Positions 26,751 through 38,663 of a DNA stretch of 64,000 nucleotides are shown piece by piece. The stretch is taken from the NCBI RefSeq assembly GCF_018977255.1, contig NW_024704743.1, forward strand, positions 87,856,001-87,920,000. Reading direction: 5' to 3'. The notes under the pieces are model-generated. The model searched no databases and was not told the origin of the DNA. It saw only the letters and a list, made by a program, of their open reading frames with translations. This DNA is from Callorhinchus milii (lineage: Eukaryota). How positions within the stretch are numbered: position 1 is the stretch's first letter; the number at the start of each line of letters is the position of its first letter. Both the position numbers and the translations under genes were made by a program.

Positions 26751-28049
26751 AGGAAGTCATTATTTAATAAGCCCGACACCTCTTGTGAAATAGTGCCATG
26801 TGAACCTTTAACATTCACCTGAACAAGCAGATGGGACCTTGGTTTAACGCCTCATCTGAATGACAGCACCTCCGACAATGCAGTGCTCCACCAGCACTGC
26901 TCGGGAGTGTTGGTTTTCTCTTGTCAAGCTATTGTTCTTAAATTTACAGTTTTCCTTTCAAATAAAACAACAACTTGCATTTTATATTGCGCCTTCCAGG
27001 CAGCATGACATCTCAGAGAGCTGTACAATCCTGGGGTTTGGATGCAGAGTAAGGGAGTTAAGGGGAGGTGACCATAGGCAAATGTAATTCAAGTTAGTTT
27101 GGAACCGTATCAATTTTTTTTCGAAGGTCATTTAATTATGTCAGTTCCAGTGTCCTCAATACCACAATCTCCTTGAAATGTCCAGAAAATGTTACAAAAA
27201 CAACTTCCCTTTAGGTTCGCATTTCAATCCAAGCATACACATAATTTAAATAACAACAGAAATCTGCATCTATATAATGCCCTTCACACGGGTAATGTCT
27301 CGGAGCACTTACAGAACAAGATGTGCACAGGGAAAAGTCATTCTGTTTCAAGTATTTATTCTCAGTTTTTTTAAAATTAACTCCTGCTTGTGAATTTGAG
27401 TTGTTCCAGAACACAGAATGGACTGACCTTTTGCATAAATAGATGTGCTTAGCTGACATTAGGCAACTTCAGATGTCATTAGCAAAGTGTGTGCAACAGA
27501 ACGAAGGGGGTTTGACTTAACCGCCTCAACTACAGTTCAGCTCCTCCTCCACAGCCTCTTGTTTACTGACCTCTATGAGCCTATCTTTGTTTTATATCCA
27601 AATGCACAGAATATTAAAATGAATCCTGAAAACTTAACAGGACAAATTGGTACTCTCTTTTCCCTCTTCTTCCACCCTCCCTCTCAAAAAGCACAATGCT
27701 CTTCTCTAAAAGCTGTTGGTTCAGAGGTGGGGTAGGCTTTCACAGACTGCTGGCAACTCACGTTTCAGTAGCTATTTTTCACCTGTAAGCATTAACTCTT
27801 GAGTGCCGGCACTCCGTTCAACTCTATGGCATGAGGCAGTGCAGCAAAGCCCAATCATGTCCTAGCCCAGCCACAAACGCAAGGTTTCCAAGACGATGGT
27901 GGACAGAAGCTAACAAAAATCAACCCCTTTACTGTTTTTCTCTTTTCATTAGGCTAGGGGAGACTAAGATCAACCAGCACATCCACTGCTGGGTCTAACA
28001 GAGTTTTTTTTCATATTTATTGTTTTTAGGTTTTTATCCCCCAGAAGAT

Positions 28050-28310
28050 AGCGTTCAAAATCCTCAACCTCGCCTTCAAAGCCCTCCACAGCCTTGCTCC
28101 TTCCTCCCTCTGTGACCTGCTAACTCCATATTAACCTGTCCTCTCCCTCTGATCAGTAGGCTCCAGCCTGCTCCACATCGTCCGCCCCAACATCGGCGAT
28201 CAGGCCTTCAGCCTCTTTGCCCCCACGATTTGGAACTCCATCCCACATTCCCTTCGCCTCGCTCCCTCCCTTGCCTCCTTCAAGGCACGTCTCACGACCC
28301 TCCTCCTCGA
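28050..28310 (+). mobile_element. L2 internal fragment
   Basis: ttcaaaatcctc...ttcaaagccctccacagccttgctcc...tggaactcc, matching the L2 C-terminal coding region. Confidence 0.7.
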
Positions 28311-29429
28311 CTTAAAGTGGTTTAAGCTATTGCCATTTTGATACAGGCTGTATGACTATAGCAGATGTATCACTGTTTCAGAATGCTGGCTCCTACTGTG
28401 AACAAGTAGGTTATCTGATTGGCTGCTTCTCACACCATGATTTATATACTTGTTATAGCTTTATTAACTTTAAATAGCAATATTCTGATAGTAAGCCAAA
28501 ACTCAAGCAATATTGTGTGCAGCTTGGACTGCAACACTGTGGGATAACATCTGGATTATAGAAGAAGTAATTTAGTAGAAAAAAACCCAAGCTAAGTATG
28601 AAATTGAGAGGAATTAATTAAATGTCTGTTTCCTGTCAATACAATGCACTTTCTAATTTATGTTTATTTGGACAGGATCAATTAAAAATACCCAACAAGC
28701 TAACCACTTCTGTTTGTTCAATTAAGTAAATGTTGCGCTTCTCAAGTTTTTGTTTGCGTTAAATTGACAGAATTCCAACGCAGGTAAATTGCAAAGACTT
28801 GAGTTGAAAGAATAATGGCAAAAATAACCCTGAATAATAACATTTAATATTCTGTCAAATATGCAAACATTGTACTCTTTCATGCAAGATTTCATAATTG
28901 CTGTGCTTCTGTCCAAAGCAGGATTTTGACCTTGTATTTTTCTCGTTGAGTCTCTGCATTGTACTGAAACAATACTTCTAATCTCTTGAAAAAGATGTAC
29001 AGTATCTCAGAAATAAATTCACTCCAGAGAGTGTAGCTGAGTGACTTGCATTGTTTTTGTTTGAATGCATAATTTTCAAATAAATTTATGCACAGTAGCG
29101 GCATAATAAACCTTGATCAAAGAGAAATTTCATTTTTACGACTGATGGATCAGCTTTGAGTAGCAAACTCTCTTTTCTAAAACAAATCTAAATCATTAAC
29201 TCTTTCCCTCCTGTTATTTCCCACAGTTATGTTTCTGTGATCCAAAAAGCTAGTTTAGCATTTACTTCCTGACAGCAATATTTGCTTCCAAAACATTTAC
29301 ATTATTAGCAGATTTTTATCTTAGTTGTTTCTATTTGTTGATCTCGAACTCTTGTTCGGATTCCCTCATTTGGCAGATTCAGCTGAATGAAGGTGAAAGA
29401 GAAAGGCTATGCATTTGAATTTGTCTTAA

Positions 29430-29512
29430 TACAATGGAAGCCGCCTAAGCTGGACACATCAGTGCTGGATGTCTTGTCAAGCTTAAGCGGATTCAGAAGT
29501 TAACCGAAGTTC
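29430..29512 (+). mobile_element. Possible Tigger/pogo-type DNA transposon end
   Basis: TA-CAATGGAAGCCGCCTAAGCTGGACAC followed by GCTTAAGCGGATTC resembles pogo-family termini. No partner end was found. Confidence 0.3.
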
Positions 29513-30959
29513 CCTTACCTCTTCCTGCTTGGGCTTCCACTCCATCTCTGTAAATACTTTGAAACATTCTCCTACAGGAAAGGTTCTGTTGTCCGTCCTC
29601 AATTGAGTTACAGCCTTGTAGTTCACTCAGCTACATATTGTTCCATATGATCGCAATATTGTGAGACAAAATGCATAATTTTAGCTTCACATTTATGCAT
29701 GTTTCTCCCGTATTTTTAATTAATTTGTTGGGTTTTGTCATGAGTAATAAGTGAGTGATAAAGGAGAGACCATCTAATGATGATAAGAACCGAATATTGG
29801 TACATTATATAGAGAGAGGTTGGCAGTGAGTAACAAGGCAGCAATTCAATCACCATTTTGAGATTAGGGTTTGTCTCTAAATTTACAAATGTCAAGCGAA
29901 CTGTGGGATTAAATTACTGTTTTGTACTCATTACTGCACATTTGTTTTTGTTTATATTACATCATCTTACTTCAGGTTACAGTATTGAAGGGTGATCCTT
30001 TTTGCGTTGTCTTTCTATTTACCAGGGCATGTACTGCATATAATGGAGTCAGTGTAACATAAGGAAAAGAATGATAAAAGTAATGGTAATGTTGAAACTA
30101 ACGGCAATAGAAGTACCACTTCTTTGTGTACCAGTCAATAGTGTTTCCCAGGGGTTATACATTATATGGAACCTGGTATGAAGGCCCAATTTCTAACTTT
30201 GCTGATGACACAAATTAGGGAATGCAGCTAATAGTAAAGCGGATTATTAAGCAACTACATGGAGAAATAGACTGAATAATAAAAACTGTTCGAAGGTCAT
30301 ATAATAAGGACTATTTATTGATTTTTTTCCATATTTGAAGAACATTTTTACTGGGGTTTTATTTTAGAACCTCTTTAAGTCGCTTCATACCGATTTTCAC
30401 CCCTTTTTGTTTTAGTGAAAGTCTAGTAGTAAATACAATTCTCCAGGATTTTGATTAAGGGAAAAAATAAATTCTCCAATTTTTTTCAGTTTCCGGGAAT
30501 GCATGTACATTACATCATACACACAAATTAGCGGTTTCTCAAGAATTGAGCGTGCATCTTGTTAGTAGGATTGGTTCCAAAAATGCATATGCTTGTGCAT
30601 TAAAGTTGTACATTGCATCGCGCAGTCAGAGTAGCATGTCCAGAGAATTCCATTGTGATCACGGTAAATGCATCATGTGTCCACATTTGCTGCATGGCAG
30701 TTGTGGTTCGTTGCTGTATGCACACTGGCTGCTGCATTCTCCTACAAACTACTGTCCCTGCACTTTACAGATTATCCTGTGAAGTGCTTAGAGGCATCCT
30801 CCTACGTCATTAGGGGCTACATCAAAAGTAGTAGATTGCTGTTTTTATTATTAAGTTATTGCAAATGAACCAGTGTGTGATATTTAGCCTTTTCATCTTC
30901 CCTGACCTTTGTGTATTTAACCAAACACTTGTCCTGAAAGGTTAATGAGGCCAACATAA

Positions 30960-31100
30960 TGTAAAATAAAAGGTAAAATACTGCAGATACTGGAAATCTG
31001 AAATAAAAACAAAAGTCACTTGGAACACTCAGCAGGTCAGGCAGCATCTATGGAGAGAGGAAAGTGGGTTAACGTTTCAGGTTGCTGAGTTTTATCAGTA
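30960..31100 (-). mobile_element. Fragment of the same Penelope-like terminal repeat, hammerhead degenerate
   Basis: Homologous to 54079-54215; the minus strand reads CTGATAA...TGAAACGTTAACCC. Confidence 0.7.
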
Positions 31101-32186
31101 AAATGTAATGTAAAATGTTTAGTTCTTTTCTAGAGTAGCCGTGAAGCGATGAAACTAATTTCACCTATGAAGACTTTCATCTATAAGAATTGGGTTTGCC
31201 TGGGAGCTTACGTTGGGTCTGGAATTTCTGGCACGCTGCTGATGTTGTTAGCAGGAGCTGTCAGAGAATTGGTAAACTAGCTTAACGCCCTATTTTACTG
31301 TTCAGGGGAACATGGCCCCTTAAGGGCGAGAAATTCCTCTTGCTGTTAAGCGTAATCATTTTGACTGTGCACCTTCTAATGGGATATTTCCCATTCTAAG
31401 TGCACATTGTCACAGTCTTGCTACCCTTTGTGGCAAGAGGAAACCTCACCCAGTAATTACAGAAACTTTATTTCCTAGATCAATAGATTGCACCCGTCCA
31501 ATGATGCTTTTTCCTGGCAGGAGAGTATGATGTACTCCAGAACTTGTTCACAAGATTAAAGCTCTGAATTTTATTTGCCTAATCAAAGGCAATTAAGTAT
31601 TTGCAGTTGCAAATTGCAATAAAAGTAGAAATAAACACAGGTGTGAGTCCATTCGTGGGGTGAAAGGATGTTCCTTTGATGCTGCACAGCTGTATTTTTG
31701 TTGAGTGAACAGTTTGCCGAGCTCCTCTGCAAGCGTCCACTGACAGTATAATGCAGACTTAAGCAGCTTATGTGGTATTCAGAAATAGCAGTGCATTAAT
31801 TTTTAAAGCACAAAATGCATATGAGGCACAGGACTGCTGGATGATGATAATGAGGCTAGAATTTTAAAGTCTGCAGGGAATAAAGCTCTGAGCCACTGAG
31901 ATGTAAGTGTTCATAAAATAATTTAGAGACATTCACATGTTAATGAGCCTGGTCATCAGTATCAACAAATGGCAAAAACACAGGCCTCTGTGGCACAGCT
32001 GATAAATCATACAAGTGGATACCCTCATTTCTGTTGCAAAACTCTTATGGTGTTAATGCAGATATTCTCTTCACTCTCACTCCCACAATAATCATTTTTC
32101 TCTTTTGTTTCATCCTGCCCTTACCCCACCAATCTATTTGGATTGGACAACTAAATTCAAGAATCCGTCCAGCATCATAATTATAT

Positions 32187-32590
32187 TAATAATAATAATA
32201 ATAATCCTTGCATTTGATATAGCGCTTTATCACTTCATTGAGATGTTTCCAAGCACTTCACAAGATATACTGTAAAGTGAATTGACTGTGTATTTTATAA
32301 GTGAAATGCAGCAGCCAGTTTGCGCACAGCAATATCCCACAGCCATGGAGTGAGTGACCAATTTCATTTGGGGAATTTGATGTCCAGGACCCCGGGAAGA
32401 AACTTGTTTCTCTTTTCGAATAATACGATGGAATCTTTAACGCCCACCTGAACAGGCAGGGATCTCAATCTAACAGCCCCCCCCAGCACTGCATTGCTTA
32501 TCTTAGAATATGTGATTCCAAATCCTGACATGGGGCTTGAACCCACAACCTTCTGACTCAGAGACGAGAGTGCTACCAATGCGCGAGCTC
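32187..32590 (-). mobile_element. Deu-domain SINE, near full length
   Basis: Tail, core and head (TTGGTAGCACTCTCG...GGGTTCAAGCCCC) on the minus strand. Confidence 0.8.
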
Positions 32591-33763
32591 ACACACATCT
32601 TCACAATAGATGAAGAACAAGGAGAAGCAAAATTATCAAAAGTAAACTAAATAAAAGATTAAACATAGCAAAACAAAGAAAATGAAAGCATTCATATAGA
32701 TAAGCAGTAAACATTAATGTTTAAAATGGGGATGGACCATAAGGTGGGTATGATTGTGTCCCTGCCCATTTTATCCTCCCCCATTTTGTGTCAATGTAAA
32801 CCATGTACTTGGTTTATAATGACACACACAGCATATATACATACTTAATAAGTACCAACTAAAAAACATCAGCTCCATGTCATTGCATTAAATAAATAGC
32901 CTGGCTTTCTATAATCCTCAGCACTACTTTATTTAGATAGACGTACAGTATTGCCACTGCATTGATCTACTCTTTATGGACATATTTTTACAATTTCTGA
33001 AATGCCATCATATAAAAGCTAATTTTTTTTCTATCTGTAAAAGCACAGGCTTGAGTTTGGGTGGAGGAAGTTCAGCAGTGGGTTCAGTTTACAGCAGTGG
33101 GCAGTATTTATTTTCTGGGCTTACCTGCTGTGGAAATATGGAAAGTTTGTTTACTTCTGTTTACTGGATTTTGCCTACAAAGTGCATGGTCGATATACAT
33201 ACACTTTACAATATATTCTGTGAAGCGTTTTGAGACATCTCAACGACATAATAAGGTGATATATTATATGAAAGGATTATTATAATGTGCAATGATGTTC
33301 CTCCATTCTCTGTGTCACTTCTCCGATCTGGAGTTCTTCACTGGCACCCCTCACACACTTACAATTTCGGGAGCGTTCAAAGCTGCAGCTGCACACGGTT
33401 ACTGTTAATAATAGTAATCTTTGCACTGGAATCGCGCCTTTCACTTTACAGCATTTAATCTGAAGTGTGACTATATTTGTGAATGTGGCATCCAATTTGC
33501 ATCCAACAGAATACCCCACAAATAACCATAAAGTGAATAAACAATTTTATCTAGGGGAGGGGGAGACGGTTTGTTGGCCAAGACATCAGGATAAACACAC
33601 TTCTCATTTGGAATAGTGGCATGTGACCTAAACCCTAAAGTCCACCTGTACAGGTAGAAGGACCCTTGGTTTAATGTCTCATCCAGAAGATAGCACCTCC
33701 TTCAATGTAATGCACCCGCTGCACTTCATTGGAGTATCAGACTGGACTGTTGAGATCAAAGTC

Positions 33764-34084
33764 GTGGAGTCCTGTAGCTCAGTGGTTAGAGCACTCGCTT
33801 TGCAAGCGAGAGACCTGAGTTCAATTCCAGGCAGAGGGCGAAACCTTGGGCAAGTTCCCTTACTCCACACAGAGCCTAATATTAATCCCTCCAAAACAAA
33901 ACAATAATAAATTGGTCATTTTCAATCCACGACTGTTTGTGGGACACTGCTGTGCGCAATTGGCTGCCGCGTTCGCCCACAAATATACAGTCAATTCACT
34001 TTACAGTATATTCTGTGAAGCGCTTTGGGACGTCCTCCCGACGTGAAAAGCGCGATATCAAATGCAAGGATTATTATTATTATT
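33764..34084 (+). mobile_element. Full-length tRNA(Ala)-derived SINE with L2-like 3' tail, inserted in an older Deu-SINE
   Basis: A box TAGCTCAGTGG, B box GTTCAATTCC, anticodon arm CTCGC-TTTGCAA-GCGAG, (ATT)n tail, and TSD AAAGTC at 33758-33763 and 34085-34090. Confidence 0.92.
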
Positions 34085-34319
34085 AAAGTCCCAAAATGGG
34101 CTTGAACCCACAACCTTCTTACTCAGATGGTGAGAATGCTACAAAATGAACCAGGCCAACACCTATGCATCACTCTTACAAATTTTTTTTCCAACACTGG
34201 TCGCATTAAATCCCCATTACAAGAGGTACTTTAATCTAACAGTCCATCTTAACTCAGAATTCTTTATGCAACATCACCTCTTGTTTTCCTCTTCTGTTTG
34301 GATTGTATCTCATTTTAAT

Positions 34320-34970
34320 ATTAAAAAAGCATGCAGGATACTAGTCTTTTATAAATAGGGGCATAGAATACAAAAGTCAGGAAGTTATGATGAACCTTTA
34401 TAAAACACTGGTTAGGCCTCAGCTACAATACTGTGTTCAGTTCTGGGCACCACACTTTAGGAGGCATGGCAAGGCATTGGAGAGGGTACAAAGGAGATTT
34501 ACCAGGATGGTACCAGGAATGGGGGACTTCAGTTATCAGGAGAAGCAAGAGAAGCTAGGATTATTCTCCTTAGAGCAGAGAAGGTTAAGAGGAGACTTAA
34601 TAGAAGTCTTAAAAAAAATTCTGAGTGGATTCGATAGGGTGAACAAGGAGAAACTATTTCCACTGGTGGGTGGGTCGGTAACCCAAGGACACCGATTTAA
34701 AATAGTTGTTAAAAGAAGCAGAGGGGCGGTGGCGAATTTTTTTCACACAGCGAGTTGTTCGGATCTGGAATGCATGGACTGAAAGGATGGTGGAAGCTGA
34801 TTCAATAACAACTTTTAAGAGAGAAGTAGATAATTATTTGGGAAGGACATGTTTTGCAGGGCTATGGGGAGAGCGCGGGGGAGTGGGATTGATTTGGATA
34901 GCTCTTTTCAAAGAGCCAGCACAGACACGATAGCCTTCTTCTGTGCTGTATAATTCTATGATTCTATGAT
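34320..34970 (+). mobile_element. CR1 LINE 3' fragment
   Basis: LYKTLVRPQLQYCVQFWAP...LERVQRRFTRM...LGLFSLEQRRLRGDLIEV and tail ATTCTATGATTCTATGAT. Confidence 0.92.
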
Positions 34971-35287
34971 AACCATTTTCCAGATAGCTTGTCTCAAGCA
35001 ACCTTACCTCTAAAGGCTGCTTCAAGGATTGACATTGTTTTTAGTTTACGGAGTGGTCTTATCTATTTCCTAACTACATTAGGAAGAACAAAACCATACA
35101 AAAACTCTGGCACTTGGAATTCAAATGTTATAGTGATATCGTTATAACTGTTACAAAATGTCAAGCAATGACCTGCGTTTAATTTGACAATATATTCTGT
35201 ATTGCCATAAGTGTTTAAAAGATGCGAAGAAAGTCTCTTTCATATGGAAATAACGCATATCGCTAACAAATATTTTATTACCCACAG

Positions 35288-35373
35288 GAAAACAAGATTA
35301 TAAGAAAACTAAAACAGTTTTAAAAGCAACAAGATTGAAAGCAGAAGCCAAGAAAACAGCGCCAGGAATAAGG
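35288..35373 (+). CDS. TRIQK: TRIQK coding exon 2 (GKQDYKKTKTVLKATRLKAEAKKTAPGIR)
   Basis: Acceptor cccacag ends at 35287. The 86-nt exon is phase-compatible with the 61-nt upstream exon. Donor AGG|GTGTGT at 35374. Completes the three QxxK motifs QYRK, QIGK and QDYK. Confidence 0.96.
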
Positions 35374-37064
35374 GTGTGTGCATTTGTTTGATAACCTTCA
35401 TTACATTTCAGTGGATGTCAGGCATCTTTTCCCTACAGATAAACAAGCTGAATATTGATTATTTTTCTGAGATATTGTTTGTGACATTTCAGTATCTGCA
35501 TGAAATGTTAGGGACTAAGTATTTATACTGAACTGCACTTAAATCTACAAATTATCATAACCCTTCAATGGACTGTGGTGAGAGAAACTTGCCTGATCAA
35601 GCTTTTTGAGCTCAAAACTCCCAAGATCTGCTAAGATGCTGAAATAAAAAATCATCTGCCAGTGTATACTTCCAACAATCCACATTTATTAATAAACCCA
35701 TTCACGGAGCTTATCACACAGTATTGCGGGTTATGAATGTGCAGTGCAAATGGCCGTTGAAGTATCTAACAGCATTGGATGAATACTCCCAAGAAAAATA
35801 TCAAAGAGGTACAGGAAAAGATCAGGGGAATGAGATTAAAGAAGATTGCTGCAGTGAGGAAGGCAGCACTAGCACAGTCATGATGTACCAAATGGCCTCT
35901 GGTGCTGTAAAGTTTCTGTGATTTATTGGTCTTTGGTGTTGTGTATTCAGAATTCATAGAAACTAAGCATATTTTTACTAAGAAGAGATCATTGTATTTA
36001 TGTGTGCTTTTTTCATTTTGTGATGCTTCCTCCTCCCCCCTGTTCAGCATCCAACAGTGCCACAGTGCAGCACTCCAAGATTCTATCCTGTCAGAGGCCC
36101 AATATAAATGCAAGTTATTGTTGTTTAATTCAGTAGAGCGACATACTAATCAAAACATAATGCTGAAATCATGAACAACATTGTCTCTAAACAAATATTA
36201 GTAAAAATGAAATTAAATGCCACACAGAATGAAAAATAATAATAAATAACAAGAAGTTTTCCCCAAAAAATTGCTTCCTGACATGGAATTATATAACCTG
36301 CTCACCCTTTGCTCATGCTTTTCAGTCCGTGAAACAATGAAACTTGTACAAGCCTTATCTATAAATGATATAATTGCCTAAGTTTTACATTCAGCCGAGT
36401 CCCATTCAATTTCCTATCAAAACCACTTTGGTTTCTTTGCACTACTTGTATTAATCACTTCCTAACTTGTAAGGCCGCTCCCCTATCCTCCATACACTTA
36501 CTGACTGCGCTGAAGCGCAGGAAATGACATCCTGACCTGACCACAACTGAGCACATACCAGCCGGCTGCATTGAATCGCAGGAAACATAGTCTTGATCTG
36601 GCAACGCATGCGCAGAAGAACTTCATTTCCTGTGATTCAGTGCACTTCCAACACTTGCCAATAAGTGTTCATGCGGCAATGGTCAAGGCACAATGAATCG
36701 TGGGACCCGTCATCACATGTGCACTTAGTTATAGTTACCAGCTTCATTGAATTAAACAAGCGCTGTGTAGATTATTGATTAAATTGGATTTTATATGACT
36801 TATACAGTTGGTCTGCAACTCAGACTTCGCTTAAGTCATATTAAATGTTAAGGTCCCGACTGATATGACCTTTGTGAGCTTTACTGTACACTTTTTTTAT
36901 TTTAGTGCTTTCTTACTGTTAAATGTTTCTTTTTAATAAGCAGTCATTGCATATCATTTTCTTTTAAATGGTGTAGTCGTGAGCATTTGTGATTTTTCAA
37001 ATTAGGAGGTCAATTTTGTACCTCGTTCAGTATTATTTGTCAGTTCTCATCTTGGATTATAATA

Positions 37065-37430
37065 ATAATAAAATAATAATCGTTGCACTTGATATAGAGC
37101 CTCTTAAAATCAAAGTCTCAAAGTGTTTAACAGGAAATTACTGTCATTTGTAAGGTCTATGTAGTTGCGGGTGAACGGGGTAGTCAATTTGCACACTGCA
37201 TGTTCCCACAAACAGCCATGAGGTGAATTAATAATTTTATCTGAATATTGTTGGACAGGACACCAGAAGAAACGCCCTTCTCCTTTGGAATAGTTCCATG
37301 GGATCTTTAACTCCCACCTGAATAGATAGACGAGAGCTTGGTTTAATGTCTTAACCGATGGACTGCATCTCCCAACAATGCATTCGCTCCCCCAGCACTG
37401 CTTTGGAATGTTCACAGCCAAGTCTGTGAA
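37065..37430 (-). mobile_element. Deu-domain SINE copy
   Basis: ccatgggatctttaactcccacctgaa core and family tail. Confidence 0.7.
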
Positions 37431-38129
37431 CCCAAACCCTAAATTGCCTCACTATGAACACAATCATTTCTCATTAAGAGGGAAAAGTGGGCATAAAATA
37501 GTTCACAGCAGTCCTTGACCCTACACGCCACATTTTGTAGTTGTCCCAAAAGGAGAATGATAATGTATTTGTATTTCAGAGCAAATATGAATATGTTGTC
37601 GGCAAGTATGGATTGTGTACCAAGCCGGTTCTGTTAAGCGCCTTGGAACATCTTCCTAATGTAAAAGGTGTTATATAAATGTAAATTTGCATTGTATTGG
37701 AAATTTCAAGGAAAGTTTACCACCAGAAGTCAGTAATTATGCTGCATTGTGTTAGATGGTCTGGTCTATATAGGGAACAAATCTATAAGAAATAAGAATA
37801 TAGCAGTTCCATGATTAAAAGAAAGAGTAATTTTGTAGCACCTTAATATGTCAAAACATCTACAATCTCCCTACTGGGATTCTTCCCACTCAGCTCCTGT
37901 TAACCCTTCAAGCCATAGCCCTATTGGGTGGAATGGTCCTAGCTGGATATGTAGCATGGAGTTTGCCACATATTGTATAGGTAGCATATATATGCAGAAC
38001 ATTTAGTGTACTTTGGATATTCTTAAACATGGTGATGGGGTCCACATGTGTCAGACACTTTGCTAACCAATCTCCCCACCCCCCCACCAACACACACACA
38101 TACATACTTAACAAGAAATCACTATCAAT

Positions 38130-38663
38130 GTGGCATCCTGTAGCTCAGTGGTTAGAGCACTTGCCTCGCAAACAACAACAACAAGATTCCATTTATAAAG
38201 CGCCTTTCACGTCAGGAGGACGTCCCAAGGCGCTGCACAGTTGGGTCATGACCCGAGCAGGGGGGAAATGGTCAGGGTGAGGGGAGGGAAGGGAGGGAGC
38301 GAGGAGGGGGAAGAGAGTCGAGAGGGGAGCTGAAGGCACGGTCAAACAAGAGACCTGAGTTCGATTCCCGGCAGGGCAAAACGTTGGGCAACTTTCCTTA
38401 CTCCACAAGCCTCTGTTTACCAGCAGTAAGTAGAAACCTGGCTGTTAGTCAATTGGCGGATCGCTTTTCTGGGGGTAATAAAACAATAATTGGTCACTTA
38501 ATCCACAACTGTTTGTGGGACACTGCTGTGCGCAATTGCCTGACATGTTTTGCCCACAAAATATACAGTCAATTCACTTTACAGTGTAATCTGTGAAACG
38601 CTTTGAGACATCTCTAAAAGACGCGTTAAGGTGCTATATCAAATGCAAGGATTATTATTATTA
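38130..38663 (+). mobile_element. tRNA-derived SINE split by a minus-strand L2 3' fragment (about 38176-38342)
   Basis: The SINE head resumes after the insert. Duplication CAAACAA at 38169-38175 and 38343-38349. Confidence 0.85.

Noticed and set aside
31221..31337. 9-bp inverted ends GGAATTTCT/AGAAATTCC suggesting a MITE
   Set aside because: Too short, with no TSD or second copy recognised.
33767..33835. tRNA-Ala gene
   Set aside because: No proper acceptor stem, and it runs into a SINE body and tail with a TSD.
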